A DNA stretch of 64,000 bases from Octopus sinensis (lineage: Eukaryota): positions 7,812,001-7,876,000 of the forward strand of contig NC_043011.1 of assembly GCF_006345805.1 (NCBI RefSeq), in the 5' to 3' direction. The notes under the pieces were generated by a model. That model saw only the letters and a program-made list of their open reading frames with translations, was not told the DNA's origin and did not search any database. How positions within the stretch are numbered: the first letter of the stretch is position 1; every line of letters starts with the position of its first letter. Positions 51,701 through 64,000 of the stretch are shown piece after piece. The position numbers and the translations under genes are program-made.

Positions 51701-51971
51701 TATTATTATTATTATCATTACTACTACTACTATTACTATTATTATTAGTCGTAGTAGTATTTGCAGCTACTTATGGGGCTGTGTTTTAGCTTCCTCATCC
51801 CGTCGTTAACAGTTTCAGGAACCCTGGAAAAGGGTCAATTCATTTGAACCCATTATTGCATCCACCACTGCCACCACCATTATTACTACTACTGTCAATA
51901 CAACCATCCCCACCACCACCACCACTGCTACTGCTACTGCTGTCATGTTCTATTTTGTGTCCGTGTTTCAG

Positions 51972-52063
51972 CCAACTTTTCTGTGGAGTCCAGCCTGGTG
52001 TTACTCTGAGTAAAGAGGAGTATGAGGAATCTCTAGAAATAACCAAACGATTCCGTGAATCAG
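51972..52063 (+). CDS. ADAM17: ADAM17-like exon 6 (cysteine-switch region)
   Basis: gtttcag|; (N)QLFCGVQPGVTLSKEEYEESLEITKRFRES; G|GTAAAT; 92 nt, phase 2 to 1, exactly bridging exons 5 and 7; FCG is the Cys-switch. Confidence 0.85.
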
Positions 52064-53124
52064 GTAAATCAAACCCTCACTTCTTTTTTTGTTTATTTTG
52101 TTAATTTTGTAAAAAGCATTGGTGCCACATGAAAATCAACCGGTACACTCTGTAAAATGGTTGGCATTAGGAAGGGCATCCAATTGTCGAAACCAAGCCA
52201 AGAGCATTATCATTGCCAGAGCAGCCAACTGGCTCCGTGCCAGTGACACGTAAAAGGGCACTATTCGAGCGTGATTGAAATCGAAATCGATCAACATCCA
52301 TGGAAATTGCAGCTGTGATACCAGTGCCAGTGGCACGTAAGAGAACTATATGAACATGGCCATTGCCAGCGCCAACCCGACTGGCCTCGTGCCGGTGGCA
52401 CGTAAAAAGCACCATCCGCTCGTGGCCGTTGCCAGCCTCGTCTGGCTCCCGTGCCGGTGGCACGTAAAAAGCACCAACCGATCGTGGCCGTTTGCCAGCC
52501 CCGTCTGACACCTGTGCCGGTGGGATGTATAAAAGCACCCACTACACTCACGGAGTGGTTGGCGTTAAGAAGGGCATCCAGCCGTAGAAACATTGCCAGA
52601 TCAGACTGGGCCTGGTGCAGCCTTCTGGCTTCCCAGACCCCAGTTGAACCGTCCCACCTATGCTAGCATGGAAAGCGGATGCTAAACGATGATGATGATG
52701 ATGATCGTTACCAACATCGCCTTAGTGGCACCTGTGCCAGTGACATGTGTAAAAAATTCGAGCGAAGTCATTGCCAGTATCACCTGACTTGCCCCGTGCT
52801 GGTGGCACGTAAAAGGGCACCATTCGAGCGTGATCATTACCAACATCGCCTTACTGGCACCTGTGCCGGTGACATGTGTAAAAAATTTGAGCGAAGTCAT
52901 TGCCAGTACTGCTTGACTGGCCCCCGTGCCGGTGGCACTTAAGAAGCACCCACTACACTCTGGGAGTGGTTGGTGTTAGGAAGGGCATCCAGCTGTAGAA
53001 ACTCTGCCAGATCAAGAATGAAGCCTGGTGCGGCTGTCTGGTTCACCAGCCCTCAGTCAAAATCGTCCAGCCCATAGCAGCATGGAAAGCAGACATTAAA
53101 TGATGATGATGATGATGGTGTGTG

Positions 53125-53241
<117 letters not shown>

Positions 53242-54187
53242 GTAAGTGCAGATGTGATTCTGTTGTTAAGAAGCTCACCTTCTCAAACAACATGATTCTG
53301 GGTTCAGTCCCACTGTGTGGCACCTTGTGCCGGTGCCCTCTATGATAGCTCCAGGCCGACTAAAGTCTTGTGAGCAGATTTAATGAATGGAAACTGGAAG
53401 AAGCTCTTTGCATTAAATGTGTGTTTGCATCTCGTATCTTGGGTGTTAAAATGATTATGATGGTAGATATGTTTCTCTGTTGTTACATAGTCATTAGTTT
53501 TGGTCATACTGGAGCACTGTCTCGAAGAATTTCTGTCAAACAAATCAATCCCAGTATTTTTTTTTTGTGTATTTTATTTTTTGTGTCTGATACTTATTCC
53601 GTTACTCTCTTTTGCCAAGCTGCTAAGTTAGAGGGATGCAAACATGCCAAACCAGTTGTCAAGCAGTGGTGGGTAACAAACACAGACTCAAAGATCCACA
53701 CATATATACAACAGGCTTCTTTCAGTTTCCATTTATCAGATGTGCCGGTTGCACGTAAAAGCACCCACTACACTCTCAGAATGGTTGGCGTTAGGAAGGG
53801 CATCCAGCTGTAGAAACTCTGCCAGATCAAGATTGAGGCCTGGTGCAGCCATCTGGTTCGCCAGCCCTCAGTCAATCGTCCAACCCATGCTAGCATGGAA
53901 AGCGGACGTTAAACGATGATGATGATGAGATCCATTCATGTTGTTGGGAAGCAAACTTACCACATTGGCATGCCTGTGCTGATTGCAGTGCCTGCATAAT
54001 TGATTGATAATTATAATAATAATAATAATACTAACACAAGAAGTGAAATAGAACCAGTGCATGTGTTTATTATTGGCATTATGACCCTCCCAAGTTACAA
54101 CACAATTGATATAAATAGATTTGAAATATAATTAACATTACAAACAAGCGTATATTTTTGTTTCCTCCATTCTATCCCTTTTTTTAG

Positions 54188-54354
54188 GCATGAAAAATTT
54201 CTCCAAATATTCTGGTGATAATCAAGATACTGGCCACCACCGTAGTAAACGTTTCACTCCACAACATGACACTTGTGATATGATCATTGTGGCTGACTAT
54301 ACATTCTTCAAAAATATTGGCAACTCAGACAGTTTGAATACGGCTAACTATTTA
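54188..54354 (+). CDS. ADAM17: ADAM17-like exon 7 (furin site, start of metalloprotease domain)
   Basis: ttttag|; (G)MKNFSKYSGDNQDTGHHRSKR/FTPQHDTCDMIIVADYTFFKNIGNSDSLNTANYL; matches ADAM17 RVKR...TCKLLVVADHRFY...TTNYL better than ADAM10; TTA|GTAAGT; phase 1 to 0. Confidence 0.95.
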
Positions 54355-54577
54355 GTAAGTACCAATTTATTTACTCTTTTACTTGTTTCAGTCATTTGAC
54401 TGCGGCCATGCTGGAGCACTGCCTTTAGTCGAGCAAATCAACCCCAGAACTTATTCTTTGTAAGCCCAGTACTTATTCTATTAGGCTCTTTTGCCAAACT
54501 GCTAAGTGACGGGGACATAAACACACCAGCATCGGTTGTCAATTAATGTTGGGGGGACACACACACATACATACATC

Positions 54578-55505
54578 ATCATCATCATCATCGTTTAACG
54601 TCCGTTTTCCGCGCTAGCACGGGTTGGACGGTTCGACCGGGGTCTGGGAAGCCAGGGGCCGCTCCAGGCTCCAGTCTGATTTGGCAGAATTTCTACGGCT
54701 GGATGCCCTTCCTAACGCCAACCACTCCGTGAGTGGATTGGGTGCTTTTTACGTGCCACCTGCACAGGGGCCGGGGGGTCCGGCATCGGTCGCGATCGGT
54801 TCGAGCTTTTAACGTGCCAGCGGCACGGGGGCAACTGGGTCCGGGGTACTTTGGGGATCCGGGGTACTTTGAATGGGTAGGGGGTATGTGGAATTGCTGC
54901 AGAAAGCAGCCCGGGTCTTTGCAATCACAGCATATCTCCAGAGATCTTGGTCTTTCGCCATTGTCTCAGTGAGGCCCAATGCTCTGAGGTCATGCTTGAC
55001 TACCTCATCCCATGTCTTCCTGGGTCTACCTCTCCCCCTGATACCTTCAACTGTTTGGGAGTGGCACTTCTTCACACATCTCTCTTCATCCATCCGCAGC
55101 ACATGACCATACCATCGCAAGCATCGCTCTTGCACACCACATCTGATGCTTCTTATATCCAGCATTTCTCTTAGGATGCTTACACTCTGTCTTGCGTGCA
55201 CACTGACACTACACATCCAGCGGATCATGCTAGCTTCATTTCTTTCAAGTCTACGCATGTCCTCTGCAGTCACTGCCCATGTTTCATTACCGTGAAGCAT
55301 GGCAGTTCGCACACATGCATCATACAATCTACCTTTCGCTTTGAGGGAGAGACCTTTTGTTGCCAGTAGGGGTAGGAGCTTTCTGAACTTTGCCCAGGCT
55401 ATTCGTATTCTAGTGGTGATACTCTCTGTGCATCCACCTCCGCTACTAACTTGGTCACCCAGGTAGCGGAAACTATCAACTACTTCTAGTTTCTCTCCCT
55501 GGAGT
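54578..55505 (-). mobile_element. 5'-truncated RTE LINE nested in a family-A SINE
   Basis: MYDACVRTAMLHGNETW...GRGRPRKTWDEVVKHDL, homologous to 44215-44841; 3' UTR ends in (GAT)n; the host SINE halves lie at 54368-54565 and 55960-56130. Confidence 0.9.
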
Positions 55506-55508
55506 GTG

Positions 55509-55545
<37 letters not shown>

Positions 55546-57329
55546 ATATATAAACATATATATATCAAAATAAGCAACAAGTATATCCAAGGTAGAGTAG
55601 TACAATTGTTTCATGCTACTTCATTTTATTAAACACTGTAAGTATTACATCAGTTTTAAAATGTCGAGCAATCTTCAGCCACATATAGAATTTCCCAATT
55701 AAACGGACAATGCGCATTCTTATCCTTATTTCATTTGCCAACATCATAAAGCGGGTCGATATATAGACAGAGAGGTTGATTTCATTCTTAAGAACATGAA
55801 ACAATTGTACTACTCTACCTTGGATATCCTTGTTGCTTATTTTGATTATAATCACCCCATTTGATTTATATGGATAATACCATACAAAATTCTGGTGCCT
55901 TTAACTTAAGTACCATATTCACCTGAATCTAAATTTTGCTAAACATATATAACTATACATGTATATGACGGGCTTCTTTTCAGTTTCCGTCTGTTATCAA
56001 ATCCACTCACAAGGCTTTGGTTGGCCCGAGGCTATAGTAGAAGACCCTTGCCCAAGGTGCCATGCAGTGGGACTGAACCCAGAACCATGTGATTGGTAAG
56101 CAAGCTACTTACCACACAGCCACTCCTACTCCTATATACACCCTGTTGTACTCTTTTACTCCCTGAGGATTTGCTCTGGCAGCCCCTTGCTATGATCTTG
56201 TCTTTTTCCCTAGCTACTCCAACCCACCCTTATATTATATTGCGTAACCATGTATCTTTGCTATAAGACACCTGTACTTGTCCCCCTATCACACAGTGTC
56301 CCTCCTCCCCACCCAAATTACTTTGTACTTTCAGTGCCGTATACCCAGGGTGGGGATGAGCTGGCTCTGACCAACAAGTCATGTTTGGAGTCTCAGTATG
56401 AATACAGTTTCACATGTGGGCCCCAGTCACATGCATACACACCTTGGGATAGTGTGGTCCATAACGGCTCATCTTGCTATCAATTGTTGACCACCACAGA
56501 AGATTCACTGACCAACTCACCACTGTTTATCGAAGCAGACATAGTCTGGTTCTGAAATGGATTCTTGAGACACGTTTTAACAAAAGCTAAGGGGTGCCTC
56601 ATTCCCAGTGGTTTTCCAGTGTGCCAGACATCAACCCAGAATTTCTGAGGGCGCAGATTAACCCAATACCTGACATAAAGCCACCTAGCATAACCCACCC
56701 AACAGCTGGCATAAAGCCCTTCTTCTTTCTTAAGTACTCTCCTCACTTAGCCAAGGGTTCTTTTTTTTTACCTTTTCCTATCTTACATGTTGCTTGGCAA
56801 CCTGACTAGTTCCAGAAGGGCAAAAAATACCTCCCAGTACACGCTATAATGTGGTTGATGTTTGGAAGGGCACCCAGCCATAGAAGACATGCCAAAGCTG
56901 ACACGGGAGCAAAGTGCAGCCCTACCACCTGCCGGATCCTATCAAACTGTCTGACTCGTACCGTCATGGAAAACAGACATGATATGATGATTATGATGAT
57001 GATGATATGAACTGTTTAAAGGAAAAACATGATGGAAATAATCTAAGAATTCTGTTAGCTGGGTGAATGCTGGTCATACAGTTCTATTCTTGGAGAAAGA
57101 GTTTGGCTCTTGAGGTTTCAGATTCCTCTGTCAAAGCTTACCCTTATTCACTCACACTGAGATTTTAATGATGTGACTGTTTAGCTTTATAATGGCACTG
57201 CAGAGTAGGTGTGAGAGGCTGGATCTAGTCAGTTTGAACATAAACCAGATAGAAGATTTGGACCAAATACGGCTGGTTTAAATGCTAAAGGGTTAAGATG
57301 CTGTTGTTTGGAACCTAATAATCCTTTCT

Positions 57330-57535
57330 ATAGGCACGAGGCCTGAAATTTGTGGGGAGGGGGACTTGTCGATTACATTGACCCCTGCACCCCACTGGTA
57401 CTTAATTTATCAACCCTGAAAGGACAAAAAGCAAAGTCGACCTTGGTGGAATTTGAACTCAGGACATAACGACAGGTGAAATACCGCTAAGCATTTTGCT
57501 TGGCACGCTAATGATTCTGCCAGCTTGCTGCCTTT
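57330..57535 (-). mobile_element. SINE family B
   Basis: Reverse-complement match; another copy at 63410-63540. Confidence 0.8.
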
Positions 57536-58229
57536 GTTTGGACCCTAACACTCAAGATTCTGAGATACAAAAACAAAAAAAAAGAAGCGAGGCTACCATG
57601 AAACTTTCACCTAAAATTTTGCACTATCTTTCATAAGATTTTAGCTTAACCCTTTTGACAGCTACCCACCCAAGAACACCCATGGTTCCCTGTCACATCT
57701 AATCCTTATTAATTCACACTGTTTTGAATTAACTAAACATCATCGTGTTGCTTTGAGATTTTGACAAGGTGGTTTTTTTAGTTTTCGAATGGCATTGTGG
57801 GGTAGGTGTGAGAAGTGAGACCTGACTGATTTAAATACTAAAGAGTTAAAGAAGCGGTTCCTGTTTCTCTCTCTCTCTCGTATTTGTGTGTATGCATGTG
57901 TACACTTAGCCTGGAGAGGGACAGGCTCCTCCACCAGGCTTTCTTGCCCTGGTTACACTTCAGTGCTCCAGCAACCCCGAAGAGGCTGAGGGACTTGCGG
58001 ATGATGGTGTGGGTACATTGTGGTTGAGAAGCTTGCTTCCCAACCATGCATTCCCAAGTTCAGTCTCACAGCATGACATCTTGGCCAGATGTCTTCTAGT
58101 AAAGCTTTTGGTTGACCAAAGTTCTGTGAGGCCAAATACTTTCCAAAAGCATGCCCTCTGCTAAAGGCCTCCAATGGTCAGGTGGTGCTGTTAATCTAAA
58201 CAATAAAAAAAGTGCTAGTTTTGGTGGGG

Positions 58230-58990
58230 GTGATTGATGGTGGTGGTGGTGATTGATGGTAAAGATGGTGGTGGAGGTGGTGATGATGATGAATGATAAT
58301 GATGATGGTGGTGGTGGTGGTGATTGATGGTAAAGATGGTGGTGGAGGTGGTGATGATGATGAATGATAATGATGATGGTGGTGGTGGTGGTGATTGATG
58401 GTAAAGATGGTGGTGGAGGTGGTGATGATGATGAATGATAATGATGATGGTGGTGGTGGTGGTGATTGATGGTAAAGATGGTGGTGGAGGTGGTGATGAT
58501 GATGAATGATAATGATGATGGTGGTGGTGGTGATTGATGGTAAAGATGGTGGTGAAGGTGGTGATGATGATGAATGATAATGATGATGGTGGTGGTGGTG
58601 GTGATTGATGGTAAAGATGGTGGTGGAGGTGGTGATGATGATGAATGATAATGATGATGGTGGTGGTGGTGATTGATGGTAAAGATGGTGGTGGAGGTGG
58701 TGATGATGATGAATGATAATGATGATGGTGGTGGTGGTGATTGATGGTAAAGATGGTGGTGGAGGTGGTGATGATGAATAATAATGATGATGGTGGTGAT
58801 TGACAGTAAAGATGGTGGTGAAGGTGGTGATGATGATGAATGATAATGATGATGGTGGTGGTGATTGATGGTAAAGATGGTGATGATGATGAATGATGAT
58901 GATGGTGGTGGGTAGTGATGTCTGGTGACGATAGTGGTGGTGGTGGTGGTGAGGGTAGTGTTTATGATACTGAATGTGGTGATGATGATC
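58230..58990 (+). repeat. GGT/GAT-based minisatellite, about 10 units of 59-71 bp
   Basis: Unit starts gattgatggtaaag at 58251, 58322, 58393, 58464, 58532, 58603, 58671, 58739, 58798 and 58863. Confidence 0.95.
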
Positions 58991-59102
58991 ATGATGGTGA
59001 AAATAGTAGTAGTGGTGGTGGATTTTGTTTTCGGGTGGGGTGCTGTTTTGCCACCAGTGGTGATGATAACGATTTATGTTTGTCTTCCTCTTATCATTTC
59101 AG

Positions 59103-59195
59103 ATCCACATAATGAGCAGAGTCGACCATATCTACCGTACCACAGTTTGGGATGAAAGTATAGGTTACACCAACATGGGCGTCAAAATCAGACAG
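59103..59195 (+). CDS. ADAM17: ADAM17-like exon 8 (metalloprotease domain); gene continues past the window end
   Basis: atttcag|; IHIMSRVDHIYRTTVWDESIGYTNMGVKIRQ, like ADAM17 IELIDRVDDIYRNTSW...GIQIEQ; CAG|GTATTT; 93 nt, phase 0 to 0. Confidence 0.95.
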
Positions 59196-59602
59196 GTATT
59201 TTACTATTCTTCACTGTCATTGCCATTCCTTCATTTGTTTTTATGTCACTTTTTTGTTTTTCTGTTTTTCATGCCAACCTGGGTTTAGATTATCAAAGCT
59301 CTCTTTGTCTCTTTTGGCTAATACTTGTCTGTTTTTCAAGTAAGGAAGCTTAAGGACAAGAATGATTTGTCGACGGGAAGAATGACAACAATAGCATTGC
59401 TTCTAGCTTGCAATTATAAACAAACACATCCAATACAGGCGCAGGAGTGGCTGTGTGGTAAGTAGCTTGCTAACCAACCACATGGTTCCGGGTTCAGTCT
59501 CACTGCATGGCATCTTGGGCAAGTGTTTTCTGCTATAGCCCCGGGCCGACCAATGCCTTGTGAGTGGATTTGGTAGACGGAAAATGAAAGAAGCCTGTCG
59601 TA

Positions 59603-59644
<42 letters not shown>

Positions 59645-59645
59645 A

Positions 59646-60403
59646 TCATCATCATCATCATCATCATCGTTTAACATCCGTTCTCCATGCTAGCATGGGT
59701 TGGACGGTTCGACCGGGGTTCTGGGAAGCCAGAAGGCTGCACCAGGCTCCAGTCTAATCTGGCAATGTTCTACAGCTGGATGCCCTTCCTAACGCCAACC
59801 ACTCCGTGAGTGTAGTGGGTGCTTTTTACGTGCCACCTGCACAGGTGCCAGGCGAGGCTGGCAACGCCACGGTCAGATTGGTGTATTTTATGTGCCACGG
59901 CACGGAAGCCAGTCGAGCGGTGCTGGCATTGGCCACGAGTCGGATAGTGCTTTTTAACGTACCACCAGACCAGGGATCTGGCTGGTTCAATTCGATCTGT
60001 GTTTGTCTGCCTAGCATTGCTTGACAACTGATGCTGGTGTGTTTACGTCACTTAGCGATTCGGCAAAAGAGGCCGATAGAATAAGTACTGGCTTACAAAG
60101 AATAAGTCCCGGGGTCGATTTGCTCGACTAAAGGCAGTGCTCCAGCATGGCCACAGTCAAATGACTGAAACAAGTAAAAGAGTAAAAGAATACACACAAA
60201 CGTATGCACGCTTACACACATACATATACATATAGCGTAGGAGTGGCTGTGTGGTAAGTAGCTTGCTTACCAACCACATGGTTCCAGGTTCAGTCCCACG
60301 CGTGGCACCTTGGGCAAGTGTCTTCCAATATAGCCTCAGGCTGACCAAAGCCTTGTGAGTAGATTTAGTAGAGGGAAACTGAAAGAAGTCCGCGTATATA
60401 TGT

Positions 60404-60462
<59 letters not shown>

Positions 60463-61225
60463 ATATCATCATCATCATCATCATCATCGTTTAACATCCG
60501 TTCTCCATGCTAGCATGGGTTGGACGGTTCGACCGGGGTTCTGGGAAGCCAGAAGGCTGCACAGGCTCCAGTCTAATCTGGCAATGTTCTACAGCTGGAT
60601 GCCCTTCCTAACGCCAACCACTCCGTGAGTGTAGTGGGTGCTTTTTACGTGCCACCTGCACAGGTGCCAGGCGAGGCTGGCAACGGCCACGGTCAGATTG
60701 GTGTATTTTATGTGCCACCGGCACGGAAGCCAGTCGAGGCGGTGCTGGCATTGGCCACGAGTCGGATAGTGCTTTTTACGTACCACCAGACCAGGGATCC
60801 TGGCTGGTTCAATTCGATCTGTGTTTGTCTGCCTAGCATTGCTTGACAACTGATGCTGGTGTGTTTACGTCACTTAGCGATTCGGCAAAAGAGGCCGATA
60901 GAATAAGTACTGGCTTACAAAGAATAGTCCCGGGGTCGATTTGCTCGACTAAAGGCAGTGCTCCAGCATGGCCACAGTCAAATGACTGAAACAAGTAAAA
61001 GAGTAAAAGAATACACACAAACGTATGCACGCTTACACACATACATATACATATAGGCGTAGGAGTGGCTGTGTGGTAAGTAGCTTGCTTACCAACCACA
61101 TGGTTCCAGGTTCAGTCCCACTGCGTGGCACCTTGGGCAAGTGTCTTCCAATATAGCCTCAGGCTGACCAAAGCCTTGTGAGTAGATTAGTAGAGGGAAA
61201 CTGAAAGAAGTCCGCGTATATATGT

Positions 61226-61260
<35 letters not shown>

Positions 61261-62280
61261 ATATATATATATGTAAATGTAATATGTGACAATTATTTGG
61301 TAGCCAAGATAAAACTCTGAGTTTCAGATGCCGAGGTGGAAATTCACACCACCATCTCTTCAGCATCTGAAACTCAGAGTTTTATCTGGCTACCAAATAA
61401 TTGTCACATATTACATTTACAGATAAATTCCTCTATTCACATAATATCGAGGTCTCTTTCTTTCTTTTGTTATCTTACCGTTTTTATCTCTCTCTCTCTC
61501 TCTCTGTATATATATATATCATCATCATCATCATCATCATCGTTTAACGTCCGTTCTCCATGCTAGCATGGGTTGGACGGTTCGACCGGGGTCTGGGAAG
61601 CCAGAAGGCTGCACCAGGCTCCAGTCTGATCTGGCAATGTTCTACAGCTGGATGCCCTTCCTAACGCCAACCACTCCGTGAGTGTAGTGGGTGCTTTTTA
61701 CGTGCCACCTGCACAGGTGCCAGGCGAGGCTGGCAACGGCCACGGTCAGATTGGTGTATTTTATGTGCCACGGCACGGAAGCCAGTCGAGGCGGTGCTGG
61801 CATTGGCCACGAGTCGGATAGTGCTTTTTACGTACCACCAGACCAGGGATCCTGGCTGGTTCAATTCGATCTGTGTTTGTCTGCCTAGCATTGCTTGACA
61901 ACTGATGCTGGTGTGTTTACGTCACTTAGCGATTCGGCAAAAGAGGCCGATAGAATAAGTACTGGGCTTACAAAGAATAAGTCCCGGGGTCGATTTGCTC
62001 GACTAAAGGCAGTGCTCCAGCATGGCCACAGTCAAATGACTGAAACAAGTAAAAGAGTAAAAGAATACACACAAACGTATGCACGCTTACACACATACAT
62101 ATACATATAGGCGTAGGAGTGGCTGTGTGGTAAGTAGCTTGCTTACCAACCACATGGTTCCAGGTTCAGTCCCACTGCGTGGCACCTTGGGCAAGTGTCT
62201 TCCAATATAGCCTCAGGCTGACCAAAGCCTTGTGAGTAGATTTAGTAGAGGGAAACTGAAAGAAGTCCGCGTATATATGT

Positions 62281-62329
<49 letters not shown>

Positions 62330-63095
62330 AATGTAATATGTGACAATTATTGGTAGCCAAGATAAAACTCTGAGTTTCAGATGCCGAGGTGGAAATTCAC
62401 ACCACCATCTCTTCAGCATCTGAAACTCAGAGTTTTATCTTGGCTACCAAATAATTGTCACATATTACATTTACAGATAAATTCCTCTATTCACATAATA
62501 TCGAGGTCTCTTTCTTTCTTTTGTTATCTTACCGTTTTTATCTCTCTCTCTCTCTCTCTGTATATATATATATATCATCATCATCATCATCATCATCGTT
62601 TAACGTCCGTTCTCCATGCTAGCATGGGTTGGACGGTTCGACCGGGGTCTGGGAAGCCAGAAGGCTGCACCAGGCTCCAGTCTGATCTGGCAATGTTTCT
62701 AGAGCTGGATGCCCTTCCTAACGCCAACCACTCCGTGAGTGTAGTGGGTGCTTTTTACGTGCCACCTGCACAGGTGCCAGGCGAGGCTGGCAACGGCCAC
62801 GGTCGGATTGGTGCATTTTACGTGCCACCTGCACGGAAGCCAGTCGAGGTGGCGCTGGCATCGGCCACGATTCAGATAGTGCTTTTTACGTACCACCAGT
62901 CCAGGGGTCCTGGCATCTGCCGGGTGCCAGTCATAGGATTGGTTCAATTTCGATTCCGATTTCGATTTCGATTTCACTTGCCCCAACAGGTCTTCGCAAG
63001 CAAAGGGGGTTGGCATGGGTGCCTGTCGTCAGATGAGGTTCGATATCGACTTCGCTTGCCTCAACAGGTATTTGTGTGTCCAAGGGAGGAAAGGC

Positions 63096-63141
<46 letters not shown>

Positions 63142-63370
63142 ATGCATGTGTGTGTATATGTTTGTGTATCTATGTTTGTCCCCCACAACATCGCTTGACA
63201 ACCGATGCTGGTGTGTTTACGTCCCCGTAACATAGCGGTTCGGTGAAAGAGACTGATAGAATAATTACTAGGCTTGCAAAGAATAAGTCCTGGGGTCGAT
63301 TTGCTTTACTAAAGGCGGTGCTCCAGCTTGACCACAGTCCAATGACTGAAACAAGTAAAACAGTAGAAAG
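59646..63370. repeat. Tandem array of about four near-identical 0.8-1.05 kb composite units
   Basis: Anchor gtttaac(a/g)tccgttctccatgctagc at about 59669, 60489, 61542 and 62598. Confidence 0.9.
61273..61420. repeat. Foldback with 59-bp arms and a hammerhead-like core (duplicated at 62327-62474)
   Basis: GTAAATGTAATATGTGACAATT...CAGATGC and its reverse complement; 31-bp spacer. Confidence 0.85.
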
Positions 63371-64000
63371 AGTATGATACCAAAGCAAATTTTACATCAC
63401 AACTTTATTGAAAATTTTGTACTTAATTCATCAACCCCGAAAAGATGAAAGGCAAAGTCGACCATGGCAGAATTTGAACTCAGAATGTATAGAAATACTA
63501 CTAAGCATTTTGCCTGGCATGCCAACATTTCTGCCAGCTCGTACAAATGCACACACACACACACAAACACACGAACACACACAAACACATACATACATGT
63601 ACAAACACACACACACACACGAACACACAAACACATACATACATGTAAACACACACACACAACCCCCCCCCCCACACACACACACACACAAACACATACA
63701 CGCACATATATCCCTGAAAATTTCATATCCATCATCAGCGTTACTAAATACATTCGCAAGTATTTCAGGAATTATCTTCCGCACGGCTAATTAATTAATT
63801 GCATTCTTTAAGTTCGTATAATCTATTCCTTCGTCTGGGAGACAGAAGTAGAGAAAATGCCCTGCAGCCAAATTGAGAAAAGCTGTGATGGTCAGATAAG
63901 GAAGGAGAAGGAAATTATTAACAAAATTATAAATTTAATCACTTCACATATGTTAAATATGTGAAACACAAATGAAAAATGTTATAGGTATATATATATA

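Noticed and set aside
56250-56810. Overlapping 70-100 aa ORFs in non-microsatellite intronic DNA
   Set aside because: No motif and no consistent splice sites; exons 7 and 8 join in frame without them; probably an old repeat.
58096-58992. 298-aa His/Pro/Ser/Thr-rich minus-strand ORF
   Set aside because: Stop-free only because it is the complement of a GGT/GAT minisatellite; antisense in an intron, with no splice or start context.
54188-59195. Alternative call as ADAM10/kuzbanian
   Set aside because: The VAD..F...G, T.NYL and RVD.IY..T.W motifs fit ADAM17; ADAM10 has QTDHLF and HVKAID at these positions.

Overview
Repeat-rich, AT-rich animal DNA. The SINE families and dense (TA)n/(CA)n/(ATC)n/(AAT)n microsatellites point to an octopus genome; this is inferred from pattern recognition, not a database hit. 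The main gene is the 5' part of an ADAM17/TACE-like metalloprotease on the + strand. Eight coding exons (21423-59195) have GT-AG boundaries and join in phase to give 293 uninterrupted codons: signal peptide, prodomain with Cys-switch, RSKR furin site and the start of the metalloprotease domain. The HExxH motif lies beyond the window. Upstream are a probable terminal exon of an unrecognised gene (12748-13783), two Tc1 remnants, a 5.8S rRNA copy fused to a SINE, and a 100-N gap (8042-8141). The rest is mobile DNA: a near full-length RTE LINE (40474-47254), truncated RTE, R4/Dong-like and CR1-like LINEs, at least three tRNA-headed SINE families, several MITE types, Helitron-like elements and Penelope-like remnants. 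The most unusual items are: (i) the 5.8S-SINE chimera; (ii) a copy of the orphan exon inserted in a Tc1 element between 7-bp direct repeats; (iii) foldback remnants carrying hammerhead-ribozyme-like cores; (iv) an RTE whose lesions look like homopolymer sequencing errors, so it may be intact; (v) several long inverted repeats in ADAM17 introns that could be A-to-I editing substrates. Repeat coordinates are approximate (about +/-10-20 bp); exon coordinates were counted base by base.
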